Source: Paraglomus brasilianum
Taxonomy: Eukaryota
Direction of reading: 5' to 3'
NCBI GenBank assembly: GCA_910592345.1
Contig: CAJVPI010000003.1
Coordinates: 1-64,000, forward strand
DNA length: 64,000 nt
Position 1 is the stretch's first letter, and the number at the start of each line of letters is the position of its first letter. The notes under the pieces are model-generated. The model was not told the DNA's origin. It searched no databases and was given only the letters and a program-made list of their open reading frames with translations. The position numbers were made by a program, and so were the translations under genes. This document shows positions 1 through 13,958 of the stretch, piece by piece.

Positions 1-282
1 AGCTAATCTGGTAACATCCCCCGGTCGGAAGAACACCCCTACGCGAAAGATTAATTGCTCTCCCAAACCCCAGACCACCCGACCGTAACAATTGTAAATG
101 GGGATAAGGCACCATTTGCTGACTCTTTTATCATTTTCGTAAGTGTTTGGAATTTAAAAAATGTCATGTTTCTTTGAGAAGCTAGTACCTTTGCTCACAT
201 CTCATTAAAATATTAGGAGAAGTCGAAACTAATTGTAGGCATCCAAAATAAACTGCGGAAGGGCTCTTTTGAGGAATCTGAT

Positions 283-672
283 ATGTGGGAGGAGCACGAG
301 AAAAATGTGACCGCAATCAAGAATGCACCGGCTGGGCTTTGCATTAATGATTATACTGTTATTACGGTATTCATATCATCTGCCAATTTCAAGGGAAACA
401 TTGCTGACTACTGTAAAAAGCCTCTAAAAGACTGTCTTATGATATATCGGCATAACTTTGAAGACTTTTTTGGGCATGTCCTCAGCTGCCGTGCTGCTGT
501 GCAAATTTCTAGAGAATGTAATCCAAATTTTACTCCTCCAGATCGTTGGTTATCAGTATCAACAAAGGTACCAGATCATATTGTAGAACAAGTCCCTAAA
601 AAAGGCCTTTACGTTCACCTCAAGATGTGTACATCTCGATCCATGGTTTCAAAGCTACCCAAACGATATTGA
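283..672 (+). CDS. Hypothetical protein fragment, possibly the 3' part of a gene or pseudogene entering from the window edge
   Basis: 129-aa open frame with protein-like composition, preceded by a possible acceptor (ttag near 216). No family recognised. Confidence 0.3.
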   Translation: MWEEHEKNVTAIKNAPAGLCINDYTVITVFISSANFKGNIADYCKKPLKDCLMIYRHNFEDFFGHVLSCRAAVQISRECNPNFTPPDRWLSVSTKVPDHIVEQVPKKGLYVHLKMCTSRSMVSKLPKRY

Positions 673-3600
673 TGGTATGACGTTTTCATTGTATACTGAC
701 GTCATTGACCTTGCAAACTCTAATAAGAAACGTCGGCTTGATTATTATGATGAGGTTCCGCAATCGTAGGTTCCATGTTTTTTGTCTGAATGTCAAGTTT
801 GTTTTTTTTTTGCCATATAATGTTAATTCAATTCTATCCTTAATGTTAAGGCCTATTCCCGAGACAGTCTCAACAGAAAGCATTCCATTAACAAATAGCA
901 TTTATCCAGCACAAAGTTCGTCCTCATCTGTTTAAATTTGCGAGTCGCGCTAATGTAATAACAATCAGAAAGTAATTTCAGAATTTCAGAATGAGATTCT
1001 CGACCAAATGTCTTTCTTTTTTTTTTCATTTTCTTGGCTCGTATCTATTATTCGTACTGTACTTTTAGGATAGTGGGTAGCAGTAGCGCAATAAACTATT
1101 GTTTTGTATTATCTACCAAAAATACTTATATTAATCCTACCGTTAGGATAGTTCTCGGGCATTTGAAAACAAATTTGGCGGAGAGTGACTTTGTACGCTG
1201 AGGAAATTTAATAACGGCTGATTTCTTTGCATGCCCGAAATGTTGGGCGGCTGGGCAAAATAATAAAATTTTCAATTATGCGCCTATACGCTTGCTGCCT
1301 TAAAACCTGTAACCGTATCTTTAGCGATCTGGTAATGTCCGAAGGCGCGCAGTGGGTGCGACCCACTTTTCGAGCGGGCTTAAATAAACTCTTGCCTGTC
1401 CCGTTCGGATATGAGAAAGAATGCTGTTTCTCTTTACCATTTTTGCAATCGGCATAAATTTGATGATTTAATTCCTCAAGTTTCGTTTTACTTCATACAG
1501 TGAGCTTGCACCTTTATTGAAAAAAATTGCAAAGCGATATAAACATTTGCGACAGATATCCTGTATATTTGTTACATATTTTGAAATTTATAATCTTTTG
1601 CGTATCCTGCAAGTCAACTAAATACGTATTTCAATAATACTCATTGACTTTTCATTAATTAATACTTAACTAGTCTAAGCAAAAAAAGAAGAAGAAGAAT
1701 GTAACAGCTTTGCTTCTTCCTCGATAACATTGCTATACGTCATAAATAATATTCACATGCTTTCTTTGTCCAAATCATGCAGTTGCGCAAAAGATATCGG
1801 TACGAGGGACGTGCTATTAAGCTAGAGAATCTGAATAAAATAAGAAGATAGTAATTGCGTATTTCATTGCTAGTAAAACAAAGGAGAAGAAGTAAACACC
1901 TTTCCCTCGGCAAATTCTGTTACAGATGATGCTGACATTCCTTCCAATGCATTGAATAAACGCTTTATGGTTTACTTTCTTGTTTTTTATGTTACTTTAT
2001 TCACGTTAAAACGTCAGTCTCGCAAAATATCAGGAGAAGAAGATCTTCCAAACTCACAAATACGCGTTAAGATGCTGACTTATTAATCAGCGTATAGACT
2101 TCACAAATTCTGTCAATATACGCGCATAGTAGTTGAATCAAATGTTTTTCATTTCGCATAATTCGTTTAACATGCATAAGTTTGTTCTTTACAAATAATT
2201 CTTCACATAATTACTAAGCGTGGATTTACGATCAACGTTCGTATATACTGTATCTTCGGTATTAGGAACACATTTTTAGAAATGTTATTCTAAGCTACGA
2301 TTATTGGTTTGTTTCATTTGATACTAAGTAATCGCCTTCGTGCTTCCAGACCGTTGCAAACTCAACGGCACATCTGATTGCTTCGAAATTTTGCGACAAC
2401 AATCAATATTCGCTTTGTCTGAAATTACTTGAACACTATTACTATCTTATTCAGTCTTAATATTTTAACGTCTTGTCATAGCTGTTCTCTTAACAATTGG
2501 TTTCCGAATATTATTTTGCATTATTAGGCAGGATTATGTGTGAGCTTTACGTTATCAATGTTTTTTCTTGCTATGAACAATCAATAATATTGCAGAGTGT
2601 CTTATCTTGGTAAATGTTTTATCCGGTTTGCCAGTGTACTTTACAGTTATTGTCTTGCTATTGCATGCTATCATAACTTATAAATTTGTGTTTACAATAA
2701 TTGCGACTAAAAGAACTATTGTTATTATCAAGACGAAAGATTAAAAGATAATTCCATCCGCTGCGTTTAATCGTAAAACAACATTAATTAATATGATAAT
2801 AATAAGCGTCTGAGCCCATTTTAGGAAATCTATGGCGCCGTATGTAATTCGCCTTAAATATTACCTTATGCAATATCGATATAGAACGATGAATGAAAAG
2901 AAAAATTCAATATTTGTCGATTAATTGTTTAAGGGCGTTATCCAAGAGCAGATATTACTGTTGTGATTAATTGATTTAAGTCAAATATATTAATTATTTA
3001 CTAGACGGTTGTCTCCAGCAATTTTCCAAGCATGTAAAATCATATCAAGCTTTATTCGAAGATCACGTGTTTCAAATAGACAACATAGCATTCTGATAGT
3101 GTTGCTGCAAAACAAATAAAAGTGTCGAAATACGAATTTTGAACTTTTATGGCCAAACCGTAATGCTCAACACTTCGCTCGATAATATATTTCTTACTTC
3201 CACCACCGTTACACAAAAGACAGAAGCTCAATTAAAATCTAACCATATTAATATACAGATTTATCATAGACTTAGAAATTTCACTTATTATATCAATCAT
3301 GAAACTGCTCGGCATGCAAATCATTACACTGCAAAGATAATACACGTATTCCAAAAGGAGGCGGCTCATCCAAGCATTCTATCTGGACAGCCAACACCAG
3401 AGTCACAGACATTGTCGACTCAAACAGACTACGATTCACACTCATTACCATGCTTTGCGATGGCATAGTCTGTCAAAGATTATAACTGATCGAGTCGATC
3501 TTGACGCATCATTTGAAGATTGAACTATTAGACATCGTGTTTACAGACGCGATTGTGTTTTCTTGCTAATCCAATTTATTTATTGTAGTAGTAGCATTCA

Positions 3601-4799
3601 GAATTCACTGGGCTTGGAGAGAACGAGTTTGCCCGCTCATAATAGAACATTCTCCGATAAACACGACTTCCCACAAACGATCCGACTAGGGCGTGTTGTG
3701 TACATACCGAAAAACAATTTGACGAGTTGCTGATATGGTATTATTACCCGATGGCTGTCCCATTTAGCTGGTGTGCTCGCATCCCATCCAACAACTTATT
3801 AATAGGTGACAGGATGTGAGATATTTTTGTCCAGAAAACCCGTTGTGGCAAAGAGTATCATTGATGGAGATTTTTCGTGTAGTCTGTGCTGACAGTGCTC
3901 TGCTCTGTCCCATCTACAAATGGTATGACCGAATGGAGCATTCCACAATGATTCCAGGATATGATACATCGTTTGGTAAATTGGCTGCAGAGACCTAGAA
4001 TAGACGTAAATCCAATGATCGAACATATGAGAAAACTTAGACATTGGTGGGTGGCATCGGAGCGGATTAGGCGTTGTTACTTCAAGAATGAAAATTTAGT
4101 ATTAGTGGTTTGTCTTTCTAACTGATGAATGTGTTCACGTTGGCAATACACTAACCATACTGATTCTTTAATGCCTCCGAAACCAAAGTAGTGATCAACT
4201 AGATAAGGCAATTCCCAAGACTTTTCAGCTCTTGCATGTCTCGATTCCATTGCAGATGGCTTCAATCTGCTTATCATAACAATATTCCCAAGGTTATTTA
4301 TCACAAAGCACAACAGCAGGAGAAAACATTAGAGCAGCCAGTATCATCCGAAGCTTCAGATCCTGTCTCTTCGACAAATAGTTGTAGGAGCATCAAATTT
4401 GAGCTTGCTTGAAAATCATCCACTTTACAAAGACGTAATGCTATCAGCGATGTGTCCTACGAGCGTAGCAATTATATGGGCGTACTGTATTTAACTATGA
4501 GCTGTTCCTCCACGTGTTGTTGCGCAGAAAGCAGAACAGCCCCGATGAGTATTGTCGTTTTTTCCAACCCAACTTGCTAGCATACAACATTGCCAAAGTT
4601 ATGGTGATTCACAAGCTTGGGGTTGTGAGTGATTGAGTGTTGTCATCAAATGAGATATCAGACTAAAAGAGGTTCGCGCGCAATAAAACGAGGTATATTG
4701 AGTAGCGAGATGGAGCGTAATTTTTCGATAGTAAATGAATTCTCATCCGATTCTAAAGATTGATTCATAGTATTAGGTTTGCCTTTAAAATGAGAAACT

Positions 4800-5110
4800 G
4801 GAAAAATCGTACACGGAGCGGAGGGAGCAGAGTTTTTTATGGTGTCTGAGCCTTTTCGTGGACCCGAGGCGGAAGGGACAAAGCGTCATTGTTAAATTAT
4901 TTGACGCTGGATAATTTCAGTTTTTTGAATAAAAATTTTATCAAGAGGGGTTTTCTTGATGTGGAAGCTGGCACGGGAGCTTTACAGTCTCCATAAAGTA
5001 GACATTATCCACAAAGATCTTTATAGTGGTGATGTCTTGGTAGATATTAAGTTAAGGAAGGGGACATTGAACATTGGAAAGCTGTCTCGCCGCAAGTGGT
5101 CGTGGTCAAT
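4800..5110 (+). pseudogene. Degenerate tyrosine-kinase-like (TKL) kinase fragment
   Basis: LARELYSLHKVDIIHKDLYSGDVLV resembles the catalytic loop IHRDLHSGNILV. Flanking frames contain stops. Confidence 0.55.
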
Positions 5111-5676
5111 CAAACTGATGAGTTGCGAACAATTAACTGTGCTGATTGATATTCATTCTTATTGTGGTCACCTTTCACAACGAGAGTAGAAGAGTAGTAA
5201 AAGCACTCGAGGGAAGGAATTCTCAAAATGGACAACATTTTGTGACATAAATGAGTGATGTGGCTGATGTGGCTGAAAAATAAACCAGTGACTGATGACT
5301 GACATAAATTCAAAATTTACCTTTATTTTAATTAAAACTGGTACAGATTTTACTAAAAATTACCATGCGCTTAACATTATTATAGGATTACCTCTATCTA
5401 TAAAAATAAAATATATATAATTAATGTTAAATCCACATTCTAAAAAAAGAACAAGGAGAAAAAATTGCTCCATAAAATGAAACTCTCCAGATAAAGAAAA
5501 AATCACTTATGAAATTTATCAAGAAAAATAATAAATAAACAAACATCAACAGTTTATTTCACAAACATACATAATAATTTGTTACGCAAATAAAAAATCA
5601 GTCAGTGATGCATTACCACATGACCAATTCATACAAATTTTCCATGCTAACGCCCTAATACTCTAAACAACTACCA

Positions 5677-5934
5677 ATGAAAGATTTCCAGAACACCTTT
5701 CGTCTCCAGTGCAGGAGTTGTAATTGCGAGGAGTTCAATCCTGACGAGAGTAAGAGAATCTGCGTGAACAAAGAATGCGGCCATCGTGCTGCCGAACATA
5801 TATTCAAACCAGAAGGTAGGCCGTTCTTCGTGACTCGGCATTGGGGGTATAGGGTAGAGCTTAGCAAAGTTTTTATCCACCTGTTTATGGTGTCCTTTTA
5901 CCACATTATACATGACAGCCGTTCCGGCAGGTAA
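5677..5934 (+). CDS. Small Cys/His-rich putative zinc-binding peptide or first exon
   Basis: CRSCNCEEF...C....CGH....H pattern after an ATG. A possible donor (aag|gtaggc) lies near 5816. Confidence 0.35.
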   Translation: MKDFQNTFRLQCRSCNCEEFNPDESKRICVNKECGHRAAEHIFKPEGRPFFVTRHWGYRVELSKVFIHLFMVSFYHIIHDSRSGR

Positions 5935-6119
5935 CGACTTTGTGACTCGGGCGTTGGGGACATAGAGTAGTGTGTACATGACTCAGGCATAGAGTAGAGC
6001 ATAACGTTTGAAAGAATCATTCATTATCTTTAATTACTCTAAAATTCATCGTTCATATCTTTAAAATCAGTAGGTGGCATACAAAATAAGAAGCGAAAAT
6101 TCAATGAGTTTTCAAATGG

Positions 6120-7740
6120 GCATGCAGTCAGAACTGTGAAGTGGACGGACATGTGAATGAGTCTGCCCAATCATCATCATCACCATGCAAGATCACAATG
6201 CACAATTCCTGCACCATGGATAGTATACAAATATAACGTAATATGTTGCAAATGCTGTAATTTCATCTTCCATGTCAACTTGTTAATATTTTGATGCAAT
6301 AAGACAAAAGACTACCACTGTTAGCATATTGATATTGCATAACAATTATATACTCTTTTGTTTCTGGGTCTTGTGTGACTCCATAAAGTTGAAGGAAATT
6401 ATAATTCGTACACTTGGCATAATTTCTGAACTAAATAAAAAAGAATGGGGAGTCACACTAAATATCACTTTAGTTAATAATATAAAAGAATGCTTAACTC
6501 AGAAATAAATAATTCCAGTGTCTGATCAAAATTGTTAAATCATTTGAGTACAACAGTTTCTGACATACTGATATCAATATGCTTTACTAACTTGCCTCCA
6601 CTTGACCCTTCATGCGGGCTTGGATTTCAATGTAATCTCCCAGGATAATGCAATCATTCTTGGGGGTTTTCAGCTGATGAAGTTTGCCTTTATATTTTGC
6701 AGTATAGACTGTTCCATAACCACTAGATCCAATCTCTTTGAGTTCATAAAGTTGCTATACTAATACTGCATGTATGAACTTGTCCAGTATTGCATGTTTC
6801 ATGATAGAAAACTAAATAATATTCCTCAGTAGATGGCTTTTGATTTGTGTGTCCTTTATTATCCAAACATTATATCTTTGGGTATTCCTTAATTAACTAT
6901 TTGAGAAAACAAATACAGTCATTACAACAGTCAATGCAATGCATACTTATGATAATACTATTTGCATTATATTACACATGAAATAATTTACCTGTGAAAA
7001 TCAAGTGACTGAGTATCATTTATCTGCTTGAGCATCACTCGTTTGTTGTTTGTTCTAAGTATTTTTCTATATGTGTGCATCCATGGCATAGTGATGTCAT
7101 TTCTCGTATGCCCATCAATAGGAATATTCTATCCATTGTATATAGGCATCACATTCCTGCTCAGTATTGCTCCACGACTCCATAATGAATGTATCCAAAG
7201 ATTTGTTGCCCGTAGTCCAATTGAGACTTTATACCAATAACTGAATGCATTTATCTTAGGTTCCAATCGTTCTGTACATGCCAGACATAAACCATCCTCA
7301 CGTTTATTAGATAATACTTCTGTTAACACATATTATTATCATATGTCAACATGGATAAACATTATAACCGTATTTGATAGTCACCTTGTCATAATATGAA
7401 TCATCCGTCTCATCCGTTATTTCAAGCAGAGTCAATTTAATAGTTGCAAATTTATAAGTAGGTGGAGCATACAAGTGTATTAGTATGTGATCCCCTTTAT
7501 CATTAATGCAATCAAATGGAATCCATGCTGAGTTTGTTTGTAATTGAGATTTCTTAATAAACGCATCGAGTTGCTTATTGTTGCTAGTACATCCATTGGA
7601 TAATTGTTTATGCACCACACGGGGGTATTCCACATGCAGGGTAGAACCCATATCGAGAATAACAATAATGAAAGCGTATGTAATATTTGTCTCATTAAAC
7701 TTGGTAAATCCTCGTATGAGTTCGTTGCGAGTCAACACTT
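6120..7740 (-). pseudogene. TKL protein kinase pseudogene of the type expanded in Glomeromycotina
   Basis: Minus strand encodes GCTSNNKQLDAFIKKSQ..WIPF, NWTTGNKSLDTFIMES..IQWIEY, ELKEIGSSGYGTVYTAKYK, LYGVTQDPETKEYIIVMQY and LTWKMKLQHLQHI..IHGAGIVHCDL, interrupted by stops and frameshifts. Confidence 0.8.
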
Positions 7741-8317
7741 TGTGTTACACTGCATATTCGGTTATGTCGTCGTTGGGTCTTGTTCGTGTGTTGTAGCGAG
7801 CTGTCGTATGTGCGTAATGTGAAGTAGCGGTAAAGGTTTGCTCGTTGAAAGCGATACATGTGCAATCATTCTGGGGGTATGTATACACGAGTAGACGCGT
7901 ATTCGCGTGTTATATTGATATTGTTAATCGTAGAATGATATCAATATCTGTCTAGTGTAACACATCATGACATCATATTTGTATTGTCACGATTGTTCGT
8001 AACGAGAATAATATGATTGGTGTAACGTTTTCAGAACAACGCGGTAAAAATTTCAACCTCGGCTATATAGTATATCAGTATAAATCTACTGTATCTCATT
8101 TGTATCCCTCCCTATCCCCAAAATTCTATGGTCCGATTTCCCATGCCCTATAATAATCTACATCAGCCATAGCTAAAGATATTCGGTCTCTTATCAATCG
8201 TCGAAAAACTCATATTGGACATAGTGAAGTTGCAGCATCTCACAATTGCAGCTTACAAGCCAAGAAATCTTTAACTTTATTAAACTCTCGAGTGGCATCT
8301 ATTGTATTATGATCGTG

Positions 8318-8642
8318 CCTCGTTTATATCCCCTATTACTATCCCATATCCTATGACACTTGTATTACACAAAATATCATGCTATTTCTATTTATATAAT
8401 CTGTGCCAGGCTTGTGAATATCATGCAAATATCAAGCGCAAGTCAGGCCACATAAATCAGACAAATCAAGCGCATAAATCAGGCCGCATAAATCAGGCCA
8501 CATAAATCAGACAAACCAAGCGCAATCAGGCCACATAAATCAATAAAATTGCATGCTTTAAATAACATTGCACACACATATATTATCCCACCTCGAATAT
8601 ATCCCCGTCCCAAAGTGGGGATATAAACGAGGTAGGACTGTA
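8318..8642. mobile_element. Degenerate Tc1/pogo-like MITE with an internal tandem repeat
   Basis: cctcgtttatatcccc (8318-8333) is the exact reverse complement of ggggatataaacgagg (8617-8632). The right end finishes ...actg followed by TA. Interior holds aaatcaggccacat/aatcaagcgca repeats (about 8430-8545). Confidence 0.5.
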
Positions 8643-11469
8643 GTGCCATGCAATATGATTATCAAACATTTTTTCAACAAGTCACGCGTACAATTTAATT
8701 AAAGTGATTTATGATAGTGATGATATCAGCGTACAGTACATACATCAATGGACAGCGTGGTTCCTTGTCCCTTTAATCAGAAATAATGACCAATCCCGTT
8801 GTTATAAAAATTTACACAATGATTTAGCGTAAAGTCTGTAACGCTGATACGTTGTTCTAACTAAACAATAAGTTAGATGGTAATTCTCCAGCATATAGAA
8901 TGAATTTGTAATAGTGACCATTATTATTGCAACACTTTGCTTGCTTAATTAATATTTAGATAACCAATATGTTTGAGCAAAACGCATCAGTAATTACAAA
9001 GTATTCTATTTAGTAATTACCTTCGCTAATGTTTTATTTAAAACATACTGCACAATTACTATTCTAGATACCTCTAAATGCGAACGAAATTGGATATTTG
9101 GTGTCCACCCAATATTCACTATGGAGGAAAAAAAATTAAACAACAGGATGTCTTGCCGATTAACGAGTTAAGTGAACGAATATGTTAATATGCATTTTTT
9201 TTGAACGAATTTTGTGTAACTATCCAGCCCCGCGCAACGTTACTTTCGTAATTGAGATTGATGTTTAATTTCAGAGGAATATAACTAAACCGAATATGCT
9301 TATAGTAAATGCTTGAATTGCCCTATTTTAGTTTATAAGTATCATGATAGGTAGGATTAGACATCGTTAACATAAAGCATGCGAAATGCCAGTGTGTCTC
9401 GTCCATAATAATCTTTGGTATCATTTTACTATTTCTTTACGGAGAGCATCAGTAACAATGGCATGTTTTCGTTTCCTAGGCAAATATTTTGATATTGAAT
9501 TAATTGTCCCAACAAGTGGCAACAGTTATTGGAATTCAGATTGTCGATGGGGTAATTATTTATACTTACGTCTGAATTGGCTGTCAGTTTGGATTACATA
9601 TTGTAAGAAGAAAACAATCTAATTATTTAACACGCAGAGGCGTTATATCTGCATCTCTGACGCAATTGTCCAACCAAACGTTATTCTCGCATTTGAGCTC
9701 TCCTTCCACCAATATAGAATAACCTTCTTTACGTACTGTGTTATGAATATTAAAAACCGTTCGACTATTATTATGATAGACGCTTTTAACTACAACACCT
9801 TACTTCATTATCTTCATTGCTTACAAAGCAATGATTGTGGTAGCACATTAAAAACGATGTGTCTTTGTTTCGAGGATTACTCACGCGTCGCTATATATAG
9901 GTTATTACAATGTTATTTAGCATTTTGTGAATTCCAGAAACCTTTTATCTACTGCATAATAATATGATGTTATTTGAGTTTAGAGTTACAAGTCCAGTTG
10001 ACTATTTAGTCATAGTTTTATCCAGGTAAATAAATGCTGTATTCGTGAGTATGGATCAAAATGACATACAAAAATAACAAAGTGTGCGTTTCACCATACA
10101 AAGTTCCCATCTCCAGCCCATTTCTGTATATACATTATGGGGATACTGTTGTCATGATCGCTGGTATATTGCATGAGCCATCGCATTGGTATCGGTGATA
10201 ATAGAAAATGTGGGAATGTGACCCACTAAATGTTTGAAGTGGGAAAAAACGCATAGCCCTTTAGTTCATGGAAAATAGAACGCGTGAGTTTGATTTTCGT
10301 GGAATAGTTCGCACAGCCGATGGATAGACAATACCCACGCTGCCATATTTTACCATATTGATTCTTATCCACTATTTATTCCACATATTTCCCACCAGTT
10401 TTCCACTAGTGCCTATACAAAACAATTTATTTATGATAACAATAGCTACGTTTAAAATTTTAACTTTGGCGTAAAAAGCATTCGAGCAAGTCAGCGGGGA
10501 AAGCTTTGACCGGTGGTGTGTTACTCAAACATGAAGACGATGCGCTGCATAAGAATGCTGATTACCAACCAATGATAAGTGGTGGTCTGTTTTAACAAAT
10601 CGTACGCTTCAAGTCTACTTTTATAGTAGCTGTCTAACAATAACTTGTTTTAAAACCTACCCAATAAACAAGAAACTGGCGCCATTAAATTGTGCAAAGT
10701 ATCGATATTGAGATTGGACTTGATATTTGGTCTTACAACAAACATGTATCTTGAAGAGCAAAACCCAAGTTGAGCTAGTTTGTGGGCTAACAGATGTTGA
10801 TAAAAAAAGACCCGAATTGAGTTCAAACATGTTACAAGATGTTGATTCAAATAAAGAATGGATTATATGAGAAGGGTTAGACTCTAATTCAAAATACAGC
10901 ATCAGTCCGTCCATCGATTCCTCCTTTTAATCAATTTAAAGCGAATATGTCTAGGATTATAAGGAGAGTGGTCTCTGCATCATACATGTAAGCGAAATTA
11001 ATTGATCTGACATGGATTTACTTCTCAACAAAGAAATAAGTGACAATTATTCCTGTATTAGCACATCCCAAAGATCGTTTGTATGAGAATAATATAACAG
11101 TATTGTTTCGCATATTGAATCTCGCTTTTTACCGATCCAAAGTTTGCGATAACCATCCATATATTCCACGTGATCAACTTATCTCGATTATCAGTGTGAT
11201 CAGTGTGTACAATATGTTATTGTATATTAATATCGTGCGATGATTACAATCATTACTTGTATCTCATTGTTTCTATTCTCGTTGCCACTTGTTCACAGAA
11301 ACAATGACGCATTACTCCTGAATTCCCAACCGTCAGCTGGTCCAGGTTAAATGGTTTATGATTCTTATTTTTGTAACAATACGACTGCAGCTGGTCACTC
11401 AATGCCCACGCGAGAAGAGGATGGCAATTTTCCCATTATGCAATTCGCATAATTGTTCTTTTTGACATT

Positions 11470-11578
11470 GGGGAGAGAGTAAGAGTAGGGGGGGGGGGTG
11501 TAAGGGGGAGTGGAAGGGAGTGGGAGGGAATGGGAGGGAGTGGGAGGGAGTGGGAGGGGGGAGGGGGAGGGGAAAGAG
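11470..11578 (+). repeat. G-rich polypurine tract (gggagggagt-like units)
   Basis: More than 10 runs of three or more G within about 110 bp. Confidence 0.9.
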
Positions 11579-13714
11579 GCTATCATCCCGATAGACATTT
11601 AAGTTTGATATAACAGTATATATACATGTTATGTTTGTCTTTAAGATCATGCATTTATTATTATTATCGTGTCAAAAGAAAAGTAAAAAAAAATTTAAGC
11701 TTTTTATGCAGACGCTATCTAAAAAACAATATCCCACCAATGATAATCTTGAAAAGTGCAGCAAGTACGACCAAAAGCTTAGATCCACTATAATGGGGGG
11801 AAAGGTTGGATTCTTTTCATTGGATAAAGATTTTTGCTGGGGTTGGATGAGCCCTCAACACACAATCGAATCGATAGTCTAATCCCTGGCGTGTGTTTGT
11901 TGCAAGAGATCTTATCTGTATGATAGATAAAAAATCATTGCTTCATTGGTGAGCAGATGGTGATCATCCAAGCCCAACCAACAACACAAACCAACTATCG
12001 CGTTTATTGTTTCCCTTTTGCTTGCTAAACACCCTTTTTAACAAGTGTCGAATAATAGGAGATTCTTGAATGCCGGTTGAAACAACGTTCTATTGGTGAC
12101 GACGAACTATCGACAGATTATATTTTATATGCTGTATTGATTATAGCAACTGTTTACATGCAAAGAGGGGGGTGGTTTATGTAAAAGTATACAAGAAAGA
12201 GGGGGGGAAACAATTATGTTGGTGTTACAAGACAATCACATACTTTTCTAGATATGCGTATGTTAAAAAACTCTTATTCAACGAACATTTGTTAACAAGA
12301 ATAAATCACAACATTTAACTTTTTATTGTAACACTTAAATGTATTTATATTCCCACCTTATTGTACGCATGTTTATTCTTTTCGATGCTTGCCCTCTGTG
12401 TCTGGCCTCTCATCTTCTCAGCCGCTATTCAGCTCGTTGCCCGTATTGTTTGCAAACCTTTGCATTAGACTTTTTGACGTGTGTCCTCTAAACTTTTACA
12501 TCGGTTGTGCTTACTCGGGTTTTTGTACCATGTAAAAATTTTCGTCTGCAAAAAGTTTATTTTTATTCATTAACCATTTGTAGTAGCTCGGCTGCAGCCG
12601 ATGATAACAATTAACGTAAGCATTTCTTCAGGTATCCAAAGAACGTTTTTCAATCTCGATTTAACTGTGTGTATCGAGCAGCATGACCAAATGAAGAGGG
12701 CGGTGTTGTATGCCCCAGGGCCATTATTATCGAGATGGGGCTTGAGAATGTTGGGCACACGATAATCGTAGATATATTTGGAATGTCACCTGATCATAAC
12801 TTGCAAATTTTTACTCTATTCATCTAACGGCTATTGTTCTTTGTGGCTCCTGATCTAATTTCCCACCCAGGTACAATTAACAGGATGCGAGACCAAATGT
12901 ATAAGAACTTTAAATTTTTTTGATTTGCAGCCCACCGCCTCACGTAAATAAATACGCAAAAAATTTTTTTTCGGATAGAACAACAGTGAGCGCTATTTAC
13001 ATCATGAGGCAAAATACAAACCAACAACGCTAACAAGTTTATGTGTGGGAATGAACAAATAACTGGTCGAGTAAGTAAAATGCACCATTTTTTTTCCCTT
13101 CAAGTCGATCAATCAATTAAGTGTGAAAAAAAAAATAACGATCGGTATTATATGGACATTTAGACTATTGACAAAGCAGGCTAGCGCTCATTTCTGCATT
13201 TTCCATCTACCGGCATTGTTAGCCTGAACACCCAAATATTATCTTTAGTAAACAACAATTGACAATTAGCAACATTGTTAATCAAATGAGAAGCAAAATA
13301 AACAATCAGAGTATGTATATTCGTATATCAGACGCTAGCTAATTCTTTTATTTACCAATGAGATAGTACGCACGGCCACTCGTTTTCAATGTCTTGAACA
13401 TCTCATTGTCCGAGTTTTTTTACCCAGTTTTACTTTTTTATATACTGCTATGAGAATACGAACGATGATCATTGACCAAATAGTCAATAGAAGGTCATAT
13501 TATCTTTCGGAGCTCGTCAATTCCAAATTGGGACATTGCGTCATAAATTCATTTATATGTACTTTTAATAATCGGCACTTTTGATATACTGTTTGTTTGG
13601 GAACAAGTAGAGAACGCCTATGAAACGAATTATGTAGTACTCTACTTGTATGTTGCTGTCAAGGAGATAATCTGTAAACTTTACTGCTGTGACATCATGA
13701 TCGAACGGGATGAC

Positions 13715-13752
13715 AATAACAATAACAATAACAATAACAATAACACTAACAA
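13715..13752 (+). repeat. (AATAAC)n microsatellite
   Basis: Directly visible hexamer array. Confidence 0.9.
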
Positions 13753-13888
13753 TATAGTTGTATCGACATCTAGCTTAACTCTGATACTCGCCTAGTGACT
13801 ATTATGGTAATATTATAATGCTCTTACAAATCATGTCATGAATTAGGTAGACTACTAATGCCGAATAACGCTGTGTTTAATGGCATAA

Positions 13889-13958
13889 TAATGCCGTGCT
13901 AATGCCGTGCTAATGCCGTTCATGCCGTGCTAATGCCGCTAATGCCGCTAATGCCGTT
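13889..13958 (+). repeat. taatgccg(tg)c minisatellite with 9-11 bp units
   Basis: About 7 visible copies of (ta)atgccg. Confidence 0.85.

Noticed and set aside
3560..4700. Coding-like composition with short ORFs
   Set aside because: Probably a decayed gene, but no motif could be recognised in any frame.
11395..11650. Pro-rich minus-strand ORFs
   Set aside because: Translation of the G-rich tract, not evidence of a gene.
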